A stretch of DNA of 64,000 nt from an uncultured Gemmatimonadales bacterium (GTDB taxonomy: Bacteria > Gemmatimonadota > Gemmatimonadetes > Longimicrobiales > RSA9). Below are positions 8,686 through 20,427 of this stretch, in pieces (position 1 is the first letter of the stretch; the number at the start of each line of letters is the position of its first letter). Location: assembly GCA_963816355.1 (NCBI GenBank), contig CAWFKH010000006.1, forward strand, positions 474,035-538,034, in the 5' to 3' direction. The notes below the pieces were generated by a model. The model ran no database searches and was not told the DNA's origin. It saw only the letters and a program-made list of their open reading frames with translations. Position numbers and translations under genes: made by a program.

Positions 8686-10773
8686 TCAGCCGGTGGAGGC
8701 CCCTCCGCCGGCGCCCGCGCCGGCGGTCCACACGTTGTTCCTCCGCTCGGCGTCGGGGAACCAGTGCCCGGCGTCGATCTCGACCTTGCGCACGGGCGAC
8801 GGCGCGGCGGGCACGGCGACGGTGGCCGAGGTGGCGCCGTCGAGCCAGTGCTGGACGGGGACCTCGAGGTGGAGCGTGTCGCCGTTGGCACGCGTAACGG
8901 TGATCGGCGTGGGCATGGGGACCCAGCCGTTGTCGTGGATGGTGATGCGGGTGGAGTCGGCGCCGGCGACGACGGAGTCGACGGCCTGGTCGAGGATCCA
9001 GATGCCGTCCCAGGTGCTCTGATAGTACCAGGCGCGGAAGAACCATTCGAGGTCGCGGCCGGTCACGTCCTGGAACGTCTCGAAGAAGTCCCAGGGGTAG
9101 GGGTGCTTCCACGCCCAGCGCTTGAAGAAGGCGTGGTAGGCGGGGAGGAAGACGGAGTCGCCGAGCATGCCGCGCAGCGCGTGCAGCACGAGCGCGGGCT
9201 TGTTGTAGGTGGCGATGGTGTAGACCGGCGAGGGGCGGTGGAGGTCGGACCAGCGCATGATCGGGTCCTCGACGCCGGTGAGCGCGACGGCGCGGTAGCC
9301 GCCGAGCTCGTCCTCGAAGGGCTTCGTCTCCGGGTGCAGGTCGTTCTTGGTGACGTCCTCGTTGTACTCGGTGGTGCCCTCGTCCATCCAGGCGTAGCGG
9401 CGCTCGTTGTTGTTGACGACCATCGGCACCCACATGTGCGCGAGCTCGTGCGCGACGACGCCGAAGAGCGCCGTCGCCGGGCGGCCGTTGTAGGCGCCGA
9501 TCAGCGTCATCATCGGGTACTCCATGCCGCCGCCGATGATGTCGGCGCCTTCGACCGCGGTCATGTGCGGCCACGGGTAGGAGAGGCCGGTGTAGAGGGA
9601 GTGGTGGTGGATCGACTGCGCCGCGTAGAGGACGGCCTGGCTCCAGCCGGGCGCGCTGGCGCGCCAGATGGCGTCGGCGCGCGCGTAGTCGGCGGCGCCG
9701 TCGCCGTCGCGGTCGCCCACGTCGGTCCGCATGGCGTCCCAGTTCGAGCGGCTGGTGATGCTGTAGGCGACGTCGCGCACCGAGTCCGCGACGAAGTGCC
9801 AGCTCAGATCGCCGCCGGGCTGGCTCTGCGTGGCGTGGCCGAAGTCCGAGGCGGTGATCACGTGGACAACGTGGTCGCTGCGCTCGGCGCGGCGGATGCG
9901 CTGGACGATCTCCGGCTGCAGCACCTCGTCCTCGTTCTCGAGCGTGCCGGTGCCGTTGACGATCCAGCCCTCGGGCGCGGAGACGGTGACGTCGTAGCTG
10001 CCGACGTCGTCGTAGAACTCCGCGGTGCCCATGAACGGGTCGGTGGCCCAGCCGGCGACGTCGTCGTAGACGGCGATCTGGGGGTAGAAGTAGGCGAGGA
10101 AGACGAGGTCGTCGTCGCTCCAGCCCATGCGCCCGCTGATGCCGGACTGCGGCAGCTTGAACGACCAGTCGAAGGCGAGCCGCGACGTCGCGCCGGGCGC
10201 GATCGGGGCGGGCAGGTCGATGCGCATGATGGTGCCGTCCACGCTGTAGCCGGGCGCCTCGTCGCGCTGCTGGAGGTCCATCCCGCCCACCGCGACGCGG
10301 CTCAGCTTCATGCCGCCCGTGACCTCCGCCGACTCGCCGCGCTGCACGCCGGGCGCGTGGAAGTTCTGCAGCAGGTAGACGTAGACGACGCCCAGGGTGT
10401 CGGGCGAGCGGTTGTGGTAGACCACCTCCTCGGAGCCCTCGACGCGCTTCGCCTTTGGGTCGACGCTCGTCTCGATCGTGTACTCCGGCCACTGCGTCCA
10501 GTAGCGGGGACCCGGCTCACCGGTGCGCGTGCGCGTGCCGCGGCGCGCCGCCAGGCGGTACTCGAGCGGCGGCACGATCGGGTAGGGGAGCGGGCGCTGG
10601 CGCACGGTGGGGGCGGGCGGCGGCGCCGGCGGCGCGGGTGTGGGCGAGCGGCCGCTCGCGCAGCCGGCGGTCAGGAGCGCGATCGTGAGCGCCGGGACCG
10701 CCGCGCCGGTCCGCCCCGGGCGCCTCGTCCCCCTCGTCCGACTCGTTCGCATCAGCCGCGCCATCGTCCGCAT
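8686..10773 (-). CDS. M1-family zinc aminopeptidase (lipoprotein)
   Basis: GGMEYP exopeptidase motif, HELAH...WMDEG zinc motif, lipobox TAGC, GGAGG RBS. Confidence 0.9.
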   Translation of the reverse strand: MRTMARLMRTSRTRGTRRPGRTGAAVPALTIALLTAGCASGRSPTPAPPAPPPAPTVRQRPLPYPIVPPLEYRLAARRGTRTRTGEPGPRYWTQWPEYTIETSVDPKAKRVEGSEEVVYHNRSPDTLGVVYVYLLQNFHAPGVQRGESAEVTGGMKLSRVAVGGMDLQQRDEAPGYSVDGTIMRIDLPAPIAPGATSRLAFDWSFKLPQSGISGRMGWSDDDLVFLAYFYPQIAVYDDVAGWATDPFMGTAEFYDDVGSYDVTVSAPEGWIVNGTGTLENEDEVLQPEIVQRIRRAERSDHVVHVITASDFGHATQSQPGGDLSWHFVADSVRDVAYSITSRSNWDAMRTDVGDRDGDGAADYARADAIWRASAPGWSQAVLYAAQSIHHHSLYTGLSYPWPHMTAVEGADIIGGGMEYPMMTLIGAYNGRPATALFGVVAHELAHMWVPMVVNNNERRYAWMDEGTTEYNEDVTKNDLHPETKPFEDELGGYRAVALTGVEDPIMRWSDLHRPSPVYTIATYNKPALVLHALRGMLGDSVFLPAYHAFFKRWAWKHPYPWDFFETFQDVTGRDLEWFFRAWYYQSTWDGIWILDQAVDSVVAGADSTRITIHDNGWVPMPTPITVTRANGDTLHLEVPVQHWLDGATSATVAVPAAPSPVRKVEIDAGHWFPDAERRNNVWTAGAGAGGGASTG

Positions 10774-10850
10774 CGTTCGCCTCCGTGAGGGTGCCGGTCG
10801 GGTTTACCGCGAAGGCAAGATTCGGCCCCGATCGGGACGGGGCAAGGCGC

Positions 10851-11000
10851 TGGGGTGGGGAGGGGGATGCGGGCGTTCGGGTGGGGGTGAATCGGTCTGG
10901 GGTCTGCGGAGGGGGTCTGCGGGGGGTCTGGGGTACGGGGGTCTGCGGGGGGTCTGGGGTACGGGGGTCTGAGGGCAGGTGTGGGGTACGGGGTCTGCGG
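10851..11000 (+). repeat. G-rich dispersed repeat, copy 1 (GGGGTCTGCGG / GGGGTACGGGG units)
   Basis: Core CGGTCTGGGGTCTGCGGAGGGGGTCTGCGGGGGGT at 10893 is shared with 55971; a partial copy is at 58613. Confidence 0.85.
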
Positions 11001-11073
11001 GCGGATCTGCGGTTTGTTTCTCGCGGGGACGCCTTTACGTTTGCGGGACGAGATCACGGAAGGGCGAGGTACG

Positions 11074-11963
<890 letters not shown>

Positions 11964-11967
<4 letters not shown>

Positions 11968-12593
11968 CGGCGCTGCGGGTCCGTGTCCGCCGCATGGGGG
12001 AGGCGGACATTCCGGCCATCGTCGAGCTGTCGCGGCGGATCTACGGGCGCGAGGCGGCGTGGAAGGAGGAGGAGCTGCGCTCCCATCTGCGCGTCTTCCC
12101 GGAAGGGCAGATTGTGGCGGAGGCGGTGGAGAGCGGCCGCATCGTCGGCATGGCGGCGAGCCTGGTCATCCCCTGGGACGACTACGACATTCGCGGTAGC
12201 TGGTGGGAGTTCACCGCGAACGGCTTCTTCACCAACCACGACCCCGAAGGCGGCCGCACCCTGTATGGCGCCGGCGTCATGGTGGCGCCGGATGTCCAGG
12301 GCCGAGGAGTCGGCTCGCGGTTGTACGACGCGCGGCGCGAGCTGGCGCGGCGGCTCGGCCTGCCGCGCATCCGCTCCGGCGCGCGCATGCCGGGTTACCA
12401 TCGCTACGCGGCGCGGATGAGCGCCGAGGAGTACGTGAAGGGCGTCGTCGGGGGCGAGATGACGGACCCGAACATCACCTTCCAGTTGAAGCACGGCTTC
12501 CGGGTGCTGCGCGTCGTGCCTCGCTATCTCCCGGAGGACCCGGAAAGCCTCGGCTACGCCGCGGTGGTCGAGTGGCTCGACCCGGCGCAGTGA
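11964..12593 (+). CDS. GNAT-family acetyltransferase (YkwB/YhcX-like)
   Basis: Acetyl-CoA motif VAPDVQGRGVG; HDPEGGRTLYG; GTGA start/stop overlap with the nitrilase gene. Confidence 0.85.
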
Positions 12594-12758
12594 GCGGCGG
12601 GCGCCGGTCCCGAGCGCCGTGCGATCGCGCAGACGGTTGCGCCGCACGGGGTTGCGCCGACAGATTGCAGCGTACGTAATCGCGTCGCTCGGCGCGAGTT
12701 CTGCGAATCCGCGCCCCCGGGCGTGCACCCACCCACGCGCTCCACCACCGGAGCCTCG

Positions 12759-15700
12759 ATGCTCGAGCCGCACTCCCACCTCGGGGAGTTTCAGCGCATC
12801 GCGGAGCTTCTGCGCAGCACGCCGGTCGATCATCACGCCGGCGCCCGCTTCGCGCGGATCACTTCCGCGCTGTCGGCCGTGGTCGACGGCATCCTGCTGC
12901 TCGATGCGGAGCGCCGGGTGACGTTCGCGAACGCGGCTGCGGAGCGCATCCTCGATGTATCGGGCACGGGGCTGCAGGGGCGGGTCTTCGGCCGTTCCTC
13001 CTGGACGATCACGGCGGTTGACGGTGCTTCGTTGATGCCGTCGGAGCTGCCGTTCCATCGCGCGATGAAAGGGGAGGCGGTCTCCGGCTTCGAGCTGGCG
13101 TTGATCCGGGCGGCGGACGGGCGCCGCTTCGTGCTGGAGACGAGCTGGTCACCGGTCCTGGACGGCCGGAACCGGCCGAACGGAATGGTCGCGTCGTTGC
13201 GCGACGTGACGGCGCGGCGAAGCCTCGACGACGCGACGGCGCTGCTGGCGGAGGTGGGCGCGGCTCTGGTGGAGTCGCTGGACGTGGAGAGGACGCTGGA
13301 AACGGTCGCGTCGTGCGCGGTCCCGCGCGTGGCGGATTTCGCCGTCGTCTATCTCCTCGACGGGGAGGAGCTGCGCTGCGCCGCGGCGGTGCATCGCGAC
13401 GTCGGGATGGAATCGACGGTGCGGGCGCTGCGCGACGTGCACCGACCTTCGATCGACGACGCGGACAGCCTCATCGCGGCGGTGTGCCGAACCGGCCAGC
13501 CGCGCTTCTACGACAGGGTCGCGCCGGGGGCGCTCGAGAAGCACGTGGGCACGCCGCTCGTGCGGCGGATCCTGACGGCGCTCCGGCCGCGGTCGATGCT
13601 GATGGTGCCGATGAAGGCGCGGGGGGGGACGCTGGGCGTCATCGTGCTTTCGACCTCGACGTCGGCGCGCCAGTACGATCGCACGGCCCTGGACCTCGCG
13701 CAGGACCTGGGGCGGCAGGCCGGCCTCGCCCTGGACAACGCACACCTCTACGAGCGTGCGCGGCGGGAGGTGGAACAGCGTCACCACCTCGAGGACGCGC
13801 TGCGGGTGAGTGAAGGGAAGTACCGGGAGCTGCTCGAGCAGACGCCGGGCGCGATCGCGGTCGTCCACGCCAGCGACCTGCGCGTCCTCTTCGTGAACCA
13901 GCAGGCGTGCGCGATGGCCGGCGCCACGGCGGAGCAGATCGTGGGACAGCGGGTCACCGACTTCATGGACCCGGAAGAGCTCGAGGAGCGGCCGATCGAC
14001 TGGCCGCGGCTGCTGCGCGGCGAGACGCCGGTGGACGAGCGCACGCTGGTGCGCGGCGACGGCCGCCGCGTTCCGGTAGCCGTAGGGTGCCGGCTGTTCG
14101 GCGACGGCCGGCTCTTCATCACCCTCTTCGACGCACGGGAGCGCTCCCGCACCCTCGCCGCCGCGGCGCGGCTCGCGACGATCGTCGACTCGTCGCAGGA
14201 CGCGATCATGGACGTCTCGCTCGACGGCACGATCACCGACTGGAACGCCGGTGCGGAGCGGATCTTCGGCTACACCGCGGCGGAGGCGGTCGGGCGGCCC
14301 GTCGCGATCTTCTCGAACGCGGCGCACCACGACGAGCAGAGCGACGTCATCGCGCGTACCGCCCGTGGCGAGCGGATCGAGACGTATCGCACCGAGCGTC
14401 GCCGCCGGGACGGCCGGTCCGTGGTCGTCGAGGTCACGCCGGCGCCGCTGCACGACGAGCTGGGCCGCGTGGTGGGCATCTCGGCCACCATCCGGGACGT
14501 GACGGAGCAGGTCGCGGCGGAGCAGGCGCTGGAGCAGCGCACGCGCGAGCTGGCGGACCACGTCAAGGAGCTGAGCAGGGAAAAGTCGCGGCGGCAGGCG
14601 GCCGAGGAGGAAGTCCGCCGGAGCGAGGCCTACTTCCGCTCGCTGATCGAGAACGCGCGCGACATCGTGGCGCTGGTCAACCCGGAAGGCGTGTTGCGCT
14701 ACGTCGCACCGTCGGTGCAGGACGTCCTCGGCTACGACCGCGGCGCGCTGATCGGGCGCAGCATCTTCGAGCTGATCCACGAAGAGGACCGCCCGCGGGC
14801 GCGCGAGCGGCTGCGCCTGGACGTCGAGCGCGCCGAGGAGGGTCCATCGCGGCTGATCACGTTGCGGGTGCGGCACCGCGACCGCGGCTGGCGCCTGCTG
14901 GAGGTGCTGACTCGCAGCCTGCTCGAGCATCCCGCGGTGCGCGGCATCGTCATCCATGCCCGCGACGCGACGGAGCGTCTCGCGCTCGAGGACCAGTTGC
15001 GCCACGCGCAGAAGATGGAGGCGATCGGCCGCCTCGCCGGAGGCCTGGCCCACGACTTCAACAACCTGCTCACGGCGATCGCCGGCCACGCCGGCCTGTT
15101 GCTCGAGGACCTCGCCAGCGACGACCCGCGGCGCGAGGACGCCGACGAGATCCGCCGCACCGTCGAGCGCGCGACGGCGCTCACGCGCCAGTTGCTCGCC
15201 TTCAGTCGCAAGGAAGTGGTCGAGGCGAGCGTGATCGACCTGAACCGCGTGGTGGTGGAGATCGGCGTCCTGCTCCGCCGTTTGATCGGAGAGGACATCA
15301 CCACCGAAGTCGATCTGGATCCGGACGTGCCGCGCGTGCTGGCGGACGCGGACCAGATCGGCCAGGTCCTGATGAACCTCGCCGTCAACGCGCGCGACGC
15401 GATGCCGACCGGCGGCAGGTTGCACGTCGCGACGTCCTCCGCGGAGCTGGACCGCGAGCGGGCGCGCGCGCTCGACGTCGAGCCGGGACGCTTCGCGGTC
15501 GTCGCGGTTCGCGACACGGGCGTGGGCATCGCGCCCGACGTCCTGCCCCACATCTTCGAGCCGTTCTTCACCACCAAGGAGCCCGGCCGCGGCACCGGTC
15601 TCGGCCTCGCGACGGTGTACGGCATCGTCACGAGCGCGGGCGGCGGCATCGCCGTGGAGTCCGGCCGCGGCACGGGGACGGAGTTCCGGCTCTACCTGCC

Positions 15701-16208
15701 GGCTGCGCCGGCGGTGCGGGTGGACCGCGCAGATCCTCCCGCTGACGCGCCGGCCGCCACGGGGCGCGACGCGCCCGCGCCGGCCGGAAGTCTCGCGCAG
15801 GACGCGGTCGCCGCGAGCGAGCGCGACACCGAGGGCAGGACCGGTCCGCGAGTCGTGCTCGTCGTCGAGGACGAGCCGCTCGTGCGCACGCTGGCGCGAC
15901 GCGTCCTCTCGCGCTCCGGATACGTCGTGCTCGAGGCGGAGTCGGGCGCGGCGGCGCTGGGCGCGCTGGAGATGCGGCCGGCCGACGTCGTGGTGACGGA
16001 CTTCGAGCTGCCGGACATGACGGGGGTGGATCTTGCGCGACGGCTGCGCGGCATGCGCGACGGGACGCGGATCATTTTCACGTCGGGCCACCCGCGCGCG
16101 ACGCTCGAGGCGAGGTCGGAGCTGGACCCGGGCGCGATGTTCCTGGAGAAGCCGTACGAAGCGCGGGCTCTTCTCGACGCCGTCGCGGCGGCGCTGCGCG
16201 GCCCTTGA
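12759..16208 (+). CDS. Cytoplasmic hybrid sensor histidine kinase (PAS-GAF-PAS-PAS-PAS-HisKA-HATPase-REC)
   Basis: H-box [11 protein letters not shown]-box [30 protein letters not shown]; receiver VVEDE...TD...KP; no TM segment seen. Confidence 0.92.
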   Translation: MLEPHSHLGEFQRIAELLRSTPVDHHAGARFARITSALSAVVDGILLLDAERRVTFANAAAERILDVSGTGLQGRVFGRSSWTITAVDGASLMPSELPFHRAMKGEAVSGFELALIRAADGRRFVLETSWSPVLDGRNRPNGMVASLRDVTARRSLDDATALLAEVGAALVESLDVERTLETVASCAVPRVADFAVVYLLDGEELRCAAAVHRDVGMESTVRALRDVHRPSIDDADSLIAAVCRTGQPRFYDRVAPGALEKHVGTPLVRRILTALRPRSMLMVPMKARGGTLGVIVLSTSTSARQYDRTALDLAQDLGRQAGLALDNAHLYERARREVEQRHHLEDALRVSEGKYRELLEQTPGAIAVVHASDLRVLFVNQQACAMAGATAEQIVGQRVTDFMDPEELEERPIDWPRLLRGETPVDERTLVRGDGRRVPVAVGCRLFGDGRLFITLFDARERSRTLAAAARLATIVDSSQDAIMDVSLDGTITDWNAGAERIFGYTAAEAVGRPVAIFSNAAHHDEQSDVIARTARGERIETYRTERRRRDGRSVVVEVTPAPLHDELGRVVGISATIRDVTEQVAAEQALEQRTRELADHVKELSREKSRRQAAEEEVRRSEAYFRSLIENARDIVALVNPEGVLRYVAPSVQDVLGYDRGALIGRSIFELIHEEDRPRARERLRLDVERAEEGPSRLITLRVRHRDRGWRLLEVLTRSLLEHPAVRGIVIHARDATERLALEDQLRHAQKMEAIGRLAGGLAHDFNNLLTAIAGHAGLLLEDLASDDPRREDADEIRRTVERATALTRQLLAFSRKEVVEASVIDLNRVVVEIGVLLRRLIGEDITTEVDLDPDVPRVLADADQIGQVLMNLAVNARDAMPTGGRLHVATSSAELDRERARALDVEPGRFAVVAVRDTGVGIAPDVLPHIFEPFFTTKEPGRGTGLGLATVYGIVTSAGGGIAVESGRGTGTEFRLYLPAAPAVRVDRADPPADAPAATGRDAPAPAGSLAQDAVAASERDTEGRTGPRVVLVVEDEPLVRTLARRVLSRSGYVVLEAESGAAALGALEMRPADVVVTDFELPDMTGVDLARRLRGMRDGTRIIFTSGHPRATLEARSELDPGAMFLEKPYEARALLDAVAAALRGP

Positions 16209-16273
16209 GCCGCGCGTCGGCCGCGGGGCGTCGCCCCGGAGGGGCTAGGGCCGCGGACTTCGGCCGGCGCTGA

Positions 16274-17341
16274 TCAGGCGGTGGCGGTCAGGTGTCCGGC
16301 GAGGAAGCGGGCCACCTCGGCCTCCGCCCAGAAGCGCGGTGCCCACGGCGGCCCCTCGATGAAGCCGACGTGGCCGCCGCGATCCGTGAAGGCGGCGGTC
16401 AGCCACGGATTGCGCCGGATCGCGTCGAGCGGCAGCGCCCGCTCCGGTAGGAACGGATCGTCGCGCGACTGGATCAACAGGGTCGGCACGCGGATGCGGT
16501 CGAGGAAGCCGGCGGAGCTCGAGCGGGCGTAGTACTCCTCGGCGTCGCCGAAGCCGTGAAGCGGCGCGGTCGCGGCGTCGTCGAACGCGCGCAGCGTGGG
16601 CGCGGCGAGGACGGTGTCGACGTCGCAGCGACCCCCGATTACGGCCGCCTTGGCGCGCGCCTTCCGCCGCAGGTTCCGCATGAAGTAGTAGGTGTACAGG
16701 CGGTTGACGGCGCCACGTTCGAGGCCGCGGGAGCCGGCGCCCAGGTCGAACGGGACGGACACGGCGGCGGCCGCGCGCAGGCGCCGCTCCGCCCGCTCTC
16801 CCATCTCGCCCAGCAGCTTCAGCAGGACGTTGCCGCCCAGGGAGAAGCCGACGGCGCCGAAGGCGGCGCGCGGAAACCGTTCGTGGAGCCGGTCGAGCAC
16901 CCACGCCGCGTCGCCGGTCTCACCGGAGTGGTAGAAGCGGGCGAGGCGGTTCGGCTCGCCGCTGCAGCCGCGGAAGTTGAGGCCGACCGCGCGGACGCCG
17001 CGGCGTGCCAGCGCGTCGTAGGTGAGCAGCACGTACGGCCGCCGGGCAGAGCCCTCGAGCCCGTGCAGCACGAGCACGAGCGGGCGCGCGTCCGCGGCCG
17101 CCGGTCGAGGCGAGCCGCGCGGCGGCGGCGCGCCGCGCGCCCGCGCGCCGGACGCCGGACCCGGATCGAACGCGAAGTCGAGGTCGACGAAGTCGCCGTC
17201 GGGCGTCTCCCACCGCTCGCGGTGCAGCAGCATCGCGGGCGCGGAGCGGAAGAGCTTGCCTCCGATCGTCTGCGCGTGCGCGGAGCGGAGCCACCAGGCG
17301 ACCCGGAACGGCCGCGGCACGAAGGGCGCGGGCTCTGTCAT
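16274..17341 (-). CDS. YheT-like alpha/beta hydrolase
   Basis: HGLEGS, FYHSGETGD, GFSLGG nucleophile, DDPF, GGHVGF. Confidence 0.9.
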   Translation of the reverse strand: MTEPAPFVPRPFRVAWWLRSAHAQTIGGKLFRSAPAMLLHRERWETPDGDFVDLDFAFDPGPASGARARGAPPPRGSPRPAAADARPLVLVLHGLEGSARRPYVLLTYDALARRGVRAVGLNFRGCSGEPNRLARFYHSGETGDAAWVLDRLHERFPRAAFGAVGFSLGGNVLLKLLGEMGERAERRLRAAAAVSVPFDLGAGSRGLERGAVNRLYTYYFMRNLRRKARAKAAVIGGRCDVDTVLAAPTLRAFDDAATAPLHGFGDAEEYYARSSSAGFLDRIRVPTLLIQSRDDPFLPERALPLDAIRRNPWLTAAFTDRGGHVGFIEGPPWAPRFWAEAEVARFLAGHLTATA

Positions 17342-17487
17342 GAGGCGGTGTTATGCCGCCGCGCCGCACGGGGTTCCCCCAGCCCGCATCGGCCGTGCTT
17401 CGCGACGACGGCGGAAGCTTCCTTCCGTTCTCGCCGGGGGCGCCGGGCCGTCGTGACATTTGCGGCAGAATCGGGTAGCATGAGCCC

Positions 17488-20427
17488 GTGAAGGACCGAA
17501 TCCTGATCCGCAACGCGCGGCAGAACAACCTGAAGGGGATCGACCTCGATCTTCCCCGCCGCTCGCTCGTCGTCATCACGGGGCCGAGCGGCTCGGGCAA
17601 GTCGTCGCTCGCCTTCGACACGGTCTACGCCGAGGGGCAGCGTCGCTACGTCGAATCCCTTTCGACGTACGCGAAGCAGTTCCTGGAGCGGATGGAGAAG
17701 CCGCTCGTCGACCGCGTCGAAGGCATCAGCCCGGCGGTCGCGATCGAGCAGAAGAACCCCACGAAGTCGAGCCGCTCGACCGTCGGCACCGCGACCGAGG
17801 TGCACGACTATCTGCGGCTGTTGTGGGCGCGCGTGGGGGTCACGATCTGTCCGGAGTGCGGCCGCGAGGTGCGGCCGGACACGGTCCAGAGCGCCACCGA
17901 CGCGGTGCTCGCTCTGCCGCAGGGCACGCGCATCCTCGTCGCCTTCCCGCTGCCGCTCAGCGCCCGCGTTTCGCACGCCGGCGTCGTGGAGAACCTGCGC
18001 GCGCTCGGCTTCCTGCGGGTGCAGCTGGGCGAGCAGTTGATCGACCTGGACGGCGCGGATGCGGACGATCCGGACCGTCTCGGCCATGACCTCTCCAGCG
18101 CCGAGGCGCTGCGCGTGGTGGTCGACCGGCTCGTCGTCGGCCCCGAGATCCGCGAGCGTCTCGCGGACTCCCTCGCCACCGCGTTCACGGAGGGGGAAGG
18201 GGAGGCGGAGGTGGTGACTCGCGGCGGCTCGGACGCCCCGCGCAGTGAGGACCGCACGCTCCGCTTCACGGAGCGCTTCCGCTGCCCGGATCATCCGGAG
18301 GTCCACTTTCTGGACCCGACGCCCCGCCTCTTCTCCTTCAACAATCCGTACGGCTCGTGCCCGCGCTGCACCGGCTTCGGCGCCACCCTCGAGTACGATC
18401 CGGCGCTGATCGTCCCGGTCGCGGCGCGTTCGCTCCGCGACGGGGCGGTCGACCCGTGGGAGAAGCCGCGCTACGGCAAGCAGCGCCGGCAACTCCTCGA
18501 CTTCGCGCGCGAACGGGGCGTCTCCGCCGACGCGCCGTGGCGCGAGCTGCCGGCGGCGTTCCGCGACGCGGTGCTGCACGGCACACGCCGCGGCCGGAAG
18601 TCCGGCGAGCCGGCGTTCCGCGGCGTCGTCGCGTTCCTGCGCTCGCGCGAGCGCAAGCGCTACAAGCAGTACATCCGCGTCTTCCTGCGGCAGTACCAGA
18701 CGCCGCGCGCGTGTCCGGATTGCGCCGGCGCGCGGCTGCGGCCGGAAGCGCTCTACGTGCGCGTCGCCGGCTCGACGATCGCCGAAGCGAGCGCGCTCCC
18801 GATCGAGGCGCTGCGCTCGTGGCTGGAGCGCGCGACCGCGGATGCGGAGAGCGCTTCCGATGCCGCGATGGCGGCCCGCGACGCCGCGCCGGGCGGAGCG
18901 CTCGGCGAGCAGGCGCGCAGCATCGCGGCGCCGATCGTGCGCGAGCTGCGCGCGCGTCTCGGCTTTCTCGACGACGTCGGCCTCGGGTACCTTTCGCTCG
19001 ACCGCCAGACGCGCACCCTCTCCGGCGGCGAGGCGCAGCGGATCAACCTCGCCAATTCGCTCGGATCGAGCCTGGTCGACACGCTGTACGTGCTCGACGA
19101 GCCGACGGTCGGCCTGCACCCGCGCGACACCGACCGCATGCTGAAGCTGCTGCGGCAGCTCAGGGAGGCGGGGAACACGGTCCTCGTCGTGGAGCACGAC
19201 CCGGGCGTGATCGTGGCGGCGGACGAAGTGGTCGAGCTGGGCCCCGGCAGCGGTGCGCGCGGCGGCGACGTCGTCTACCAGGGCACGCCGGACGCCCTCC
19301 GCGACGCCGACACCCCCACCGGCCGCTACCTCGCCGGCGCGGAAGGAGCGCCGGTCCCGGCACGGCGACGCGCCGTCGACGGCGCGCGGCTGCGGCTGGA
19401 GGGCGCGCGTCTGCACAACGTCCGCGACGTCGACGTCGAGATCCCGCTCGGCGCGCTCACGGTCGTGACGGGCGTGAGCGGGTCGGGGAAGAGCACGCTG
19501 GTGCACGACGTCCTGTATCGCGCGTTGGAGCGCGAGCTGGGCACCGGCGAGACGAGCGCGAAGCAGCACCTCGGCGAGGCGGTCGGCGGCTACGAGCGGC
19601 TGGAAGGGGCGGGGCTGATCGATGCCGTGGTGCTGGTGGACCAGTCGCCGATCGGGCGCACGCCGCGCTCGAACCCGGTCACCTACATCAAGGCGTTCGA
19701 TGGCATCCGCGAGATCTTCGCCGCGCAGCCGCTGGCGCGCGAGCGCGGCTACAAGCCGGGACACTTCTCCTTCAACGTGAAGGGTGGCCGCTGCGAGGCG
19801 TGCAAGGGCGACGGCGTCATGCGCGTCGAGATGCTCTTCATGGCGGACGTGTACGTGCCGTGCGACGTTTGCGGTGGCTCCCGCTACGAGCGCGAGACGC
19901 TGGACGTGCGCTTCAAGGGGCTCGACATCCGCGAGGTGCTCGATCTGACGGTGGACGAGGCGATCCACTTCTTCATCAAACAGGACCGGGTGAGCGCGAC
20001 GCTATGGCAGCTGCAACAGGTGGGTCTCGGCTATCTCCGGCTCGGTCAGCCGGCCACGACGCTCTCGGGAGGGGAGGCGCAGCGGCTGAAGATCGCGCGC
20101 GAGCTGGCGGGCGCGGGGCGGCGGCGGGGCCGGCGCCTCTATCTGCTGGACGAGCCGACGACGGGGCTCTCGGGCGGCGAGGTGGGGCGCCTGCTCCAGG
20201 TGCTGGGACGCCTCCTCGATGCGGGACACACGGTGCTGCTCATCGAGCACAACCTGGATGTGATCCGCGCCGCCGACTGGGTGGTCGACATGGGGCCGGA
20301 GGCGGGCGAGGCGGGCGGCCGCATCGTCGCGGCGGGGCGGCCGGAGGACATCGCCAGGATAGCGGTGAGCCACACCGGCCGCTATCTGCGCGGCGCGCTC
20401 GCCGACCGCGCGACGACGCCCGCATGA
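17488..20427 (+). CDS. uvrA: Excinuclease ABC subunit A
   Basis: Two ABC ATPase domains (GPSGSGKSS, GVSGSGKST, LSGGEAQR x2), Zn fingers, FSFN motifs. Confidence 0.95.
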   Translation: MKDRILIRNARQNNLKGIDLDLPRRSLVVITGPSGSGKSSLAFDTVYAEGQRRYVESLSTYAKQFLERMEKPLVDRVEGISPAVAIEQKNPTKSSRSTVGTATEVHDYLRLLWARVGVTICPECGREVRPDTVQSATDAVLALPQGTRILVAFPLPLSARVSHAGVVENLRALGFLRVQLGEQLIDLDGADADDPDRLGHDLSSAEALRVVVDRLVVGPEIRERLADSLATAFTEGEGEAEVVTRGGSDAPRSEDRTLRFTERFRCPDHPEVHFLDPTPRLFSFNNPYGSCPRCTGFGATLEYDPALIVPVAARSLRDGAVDPWEKPRYGKQRRQLLDFARERGVSADAPWRELPAAFRDAVLHGTRRGRKSGEPAFRGVVAFLRSRERKRYKQYIRVFLRQYQTPRACPDCAGARLRPEALYVRVAGSTIAEASALPIEALRSWLERATADAESASDAAMAARDAAPGGALGEQARSIAAPIVRELRARLGFLDDVGLGYLSLDRQTRTLSGGEAQRINLANSLGSSLVDTLYVLDEPTVGLHPRDTDRMLKLLRQLREAGNTVLVVEHDPGVIVAADEVVELGPGSGARGGDVVYQGTPDALRDADTPTGRYLAGAEGAPVPARRRAVDGARLRLEGARLHNVRDVDVEIPLGALTVVTGVSGSGKSTLVHDVLYRALERELGTGETSAKQHLGEAVGGYERLEGAGLIDAVVLVDQSPIGRTPRSNPVTYIKAFDGIREIFAAQPLARERGYKPGHFSFNVKGGRCEACKGDGVMRVEMLFMADVYVPCDVCGGSRYERETLDVRFKGLDIREVLDLTVDEAIHFFIKQDRVSATLWQLQQVGLGYLRLGQPATTLSGGEAQRLKIARELAGAGRRRGRRLYLLDEPTTGLSGGEVGRLLQVLGRLLDAGHTVLLIEHNLDVIRAADWVVDMGPEAGEAGGRIVAAGRPEDIARIAVSHTGRYLRGALADRATTPA

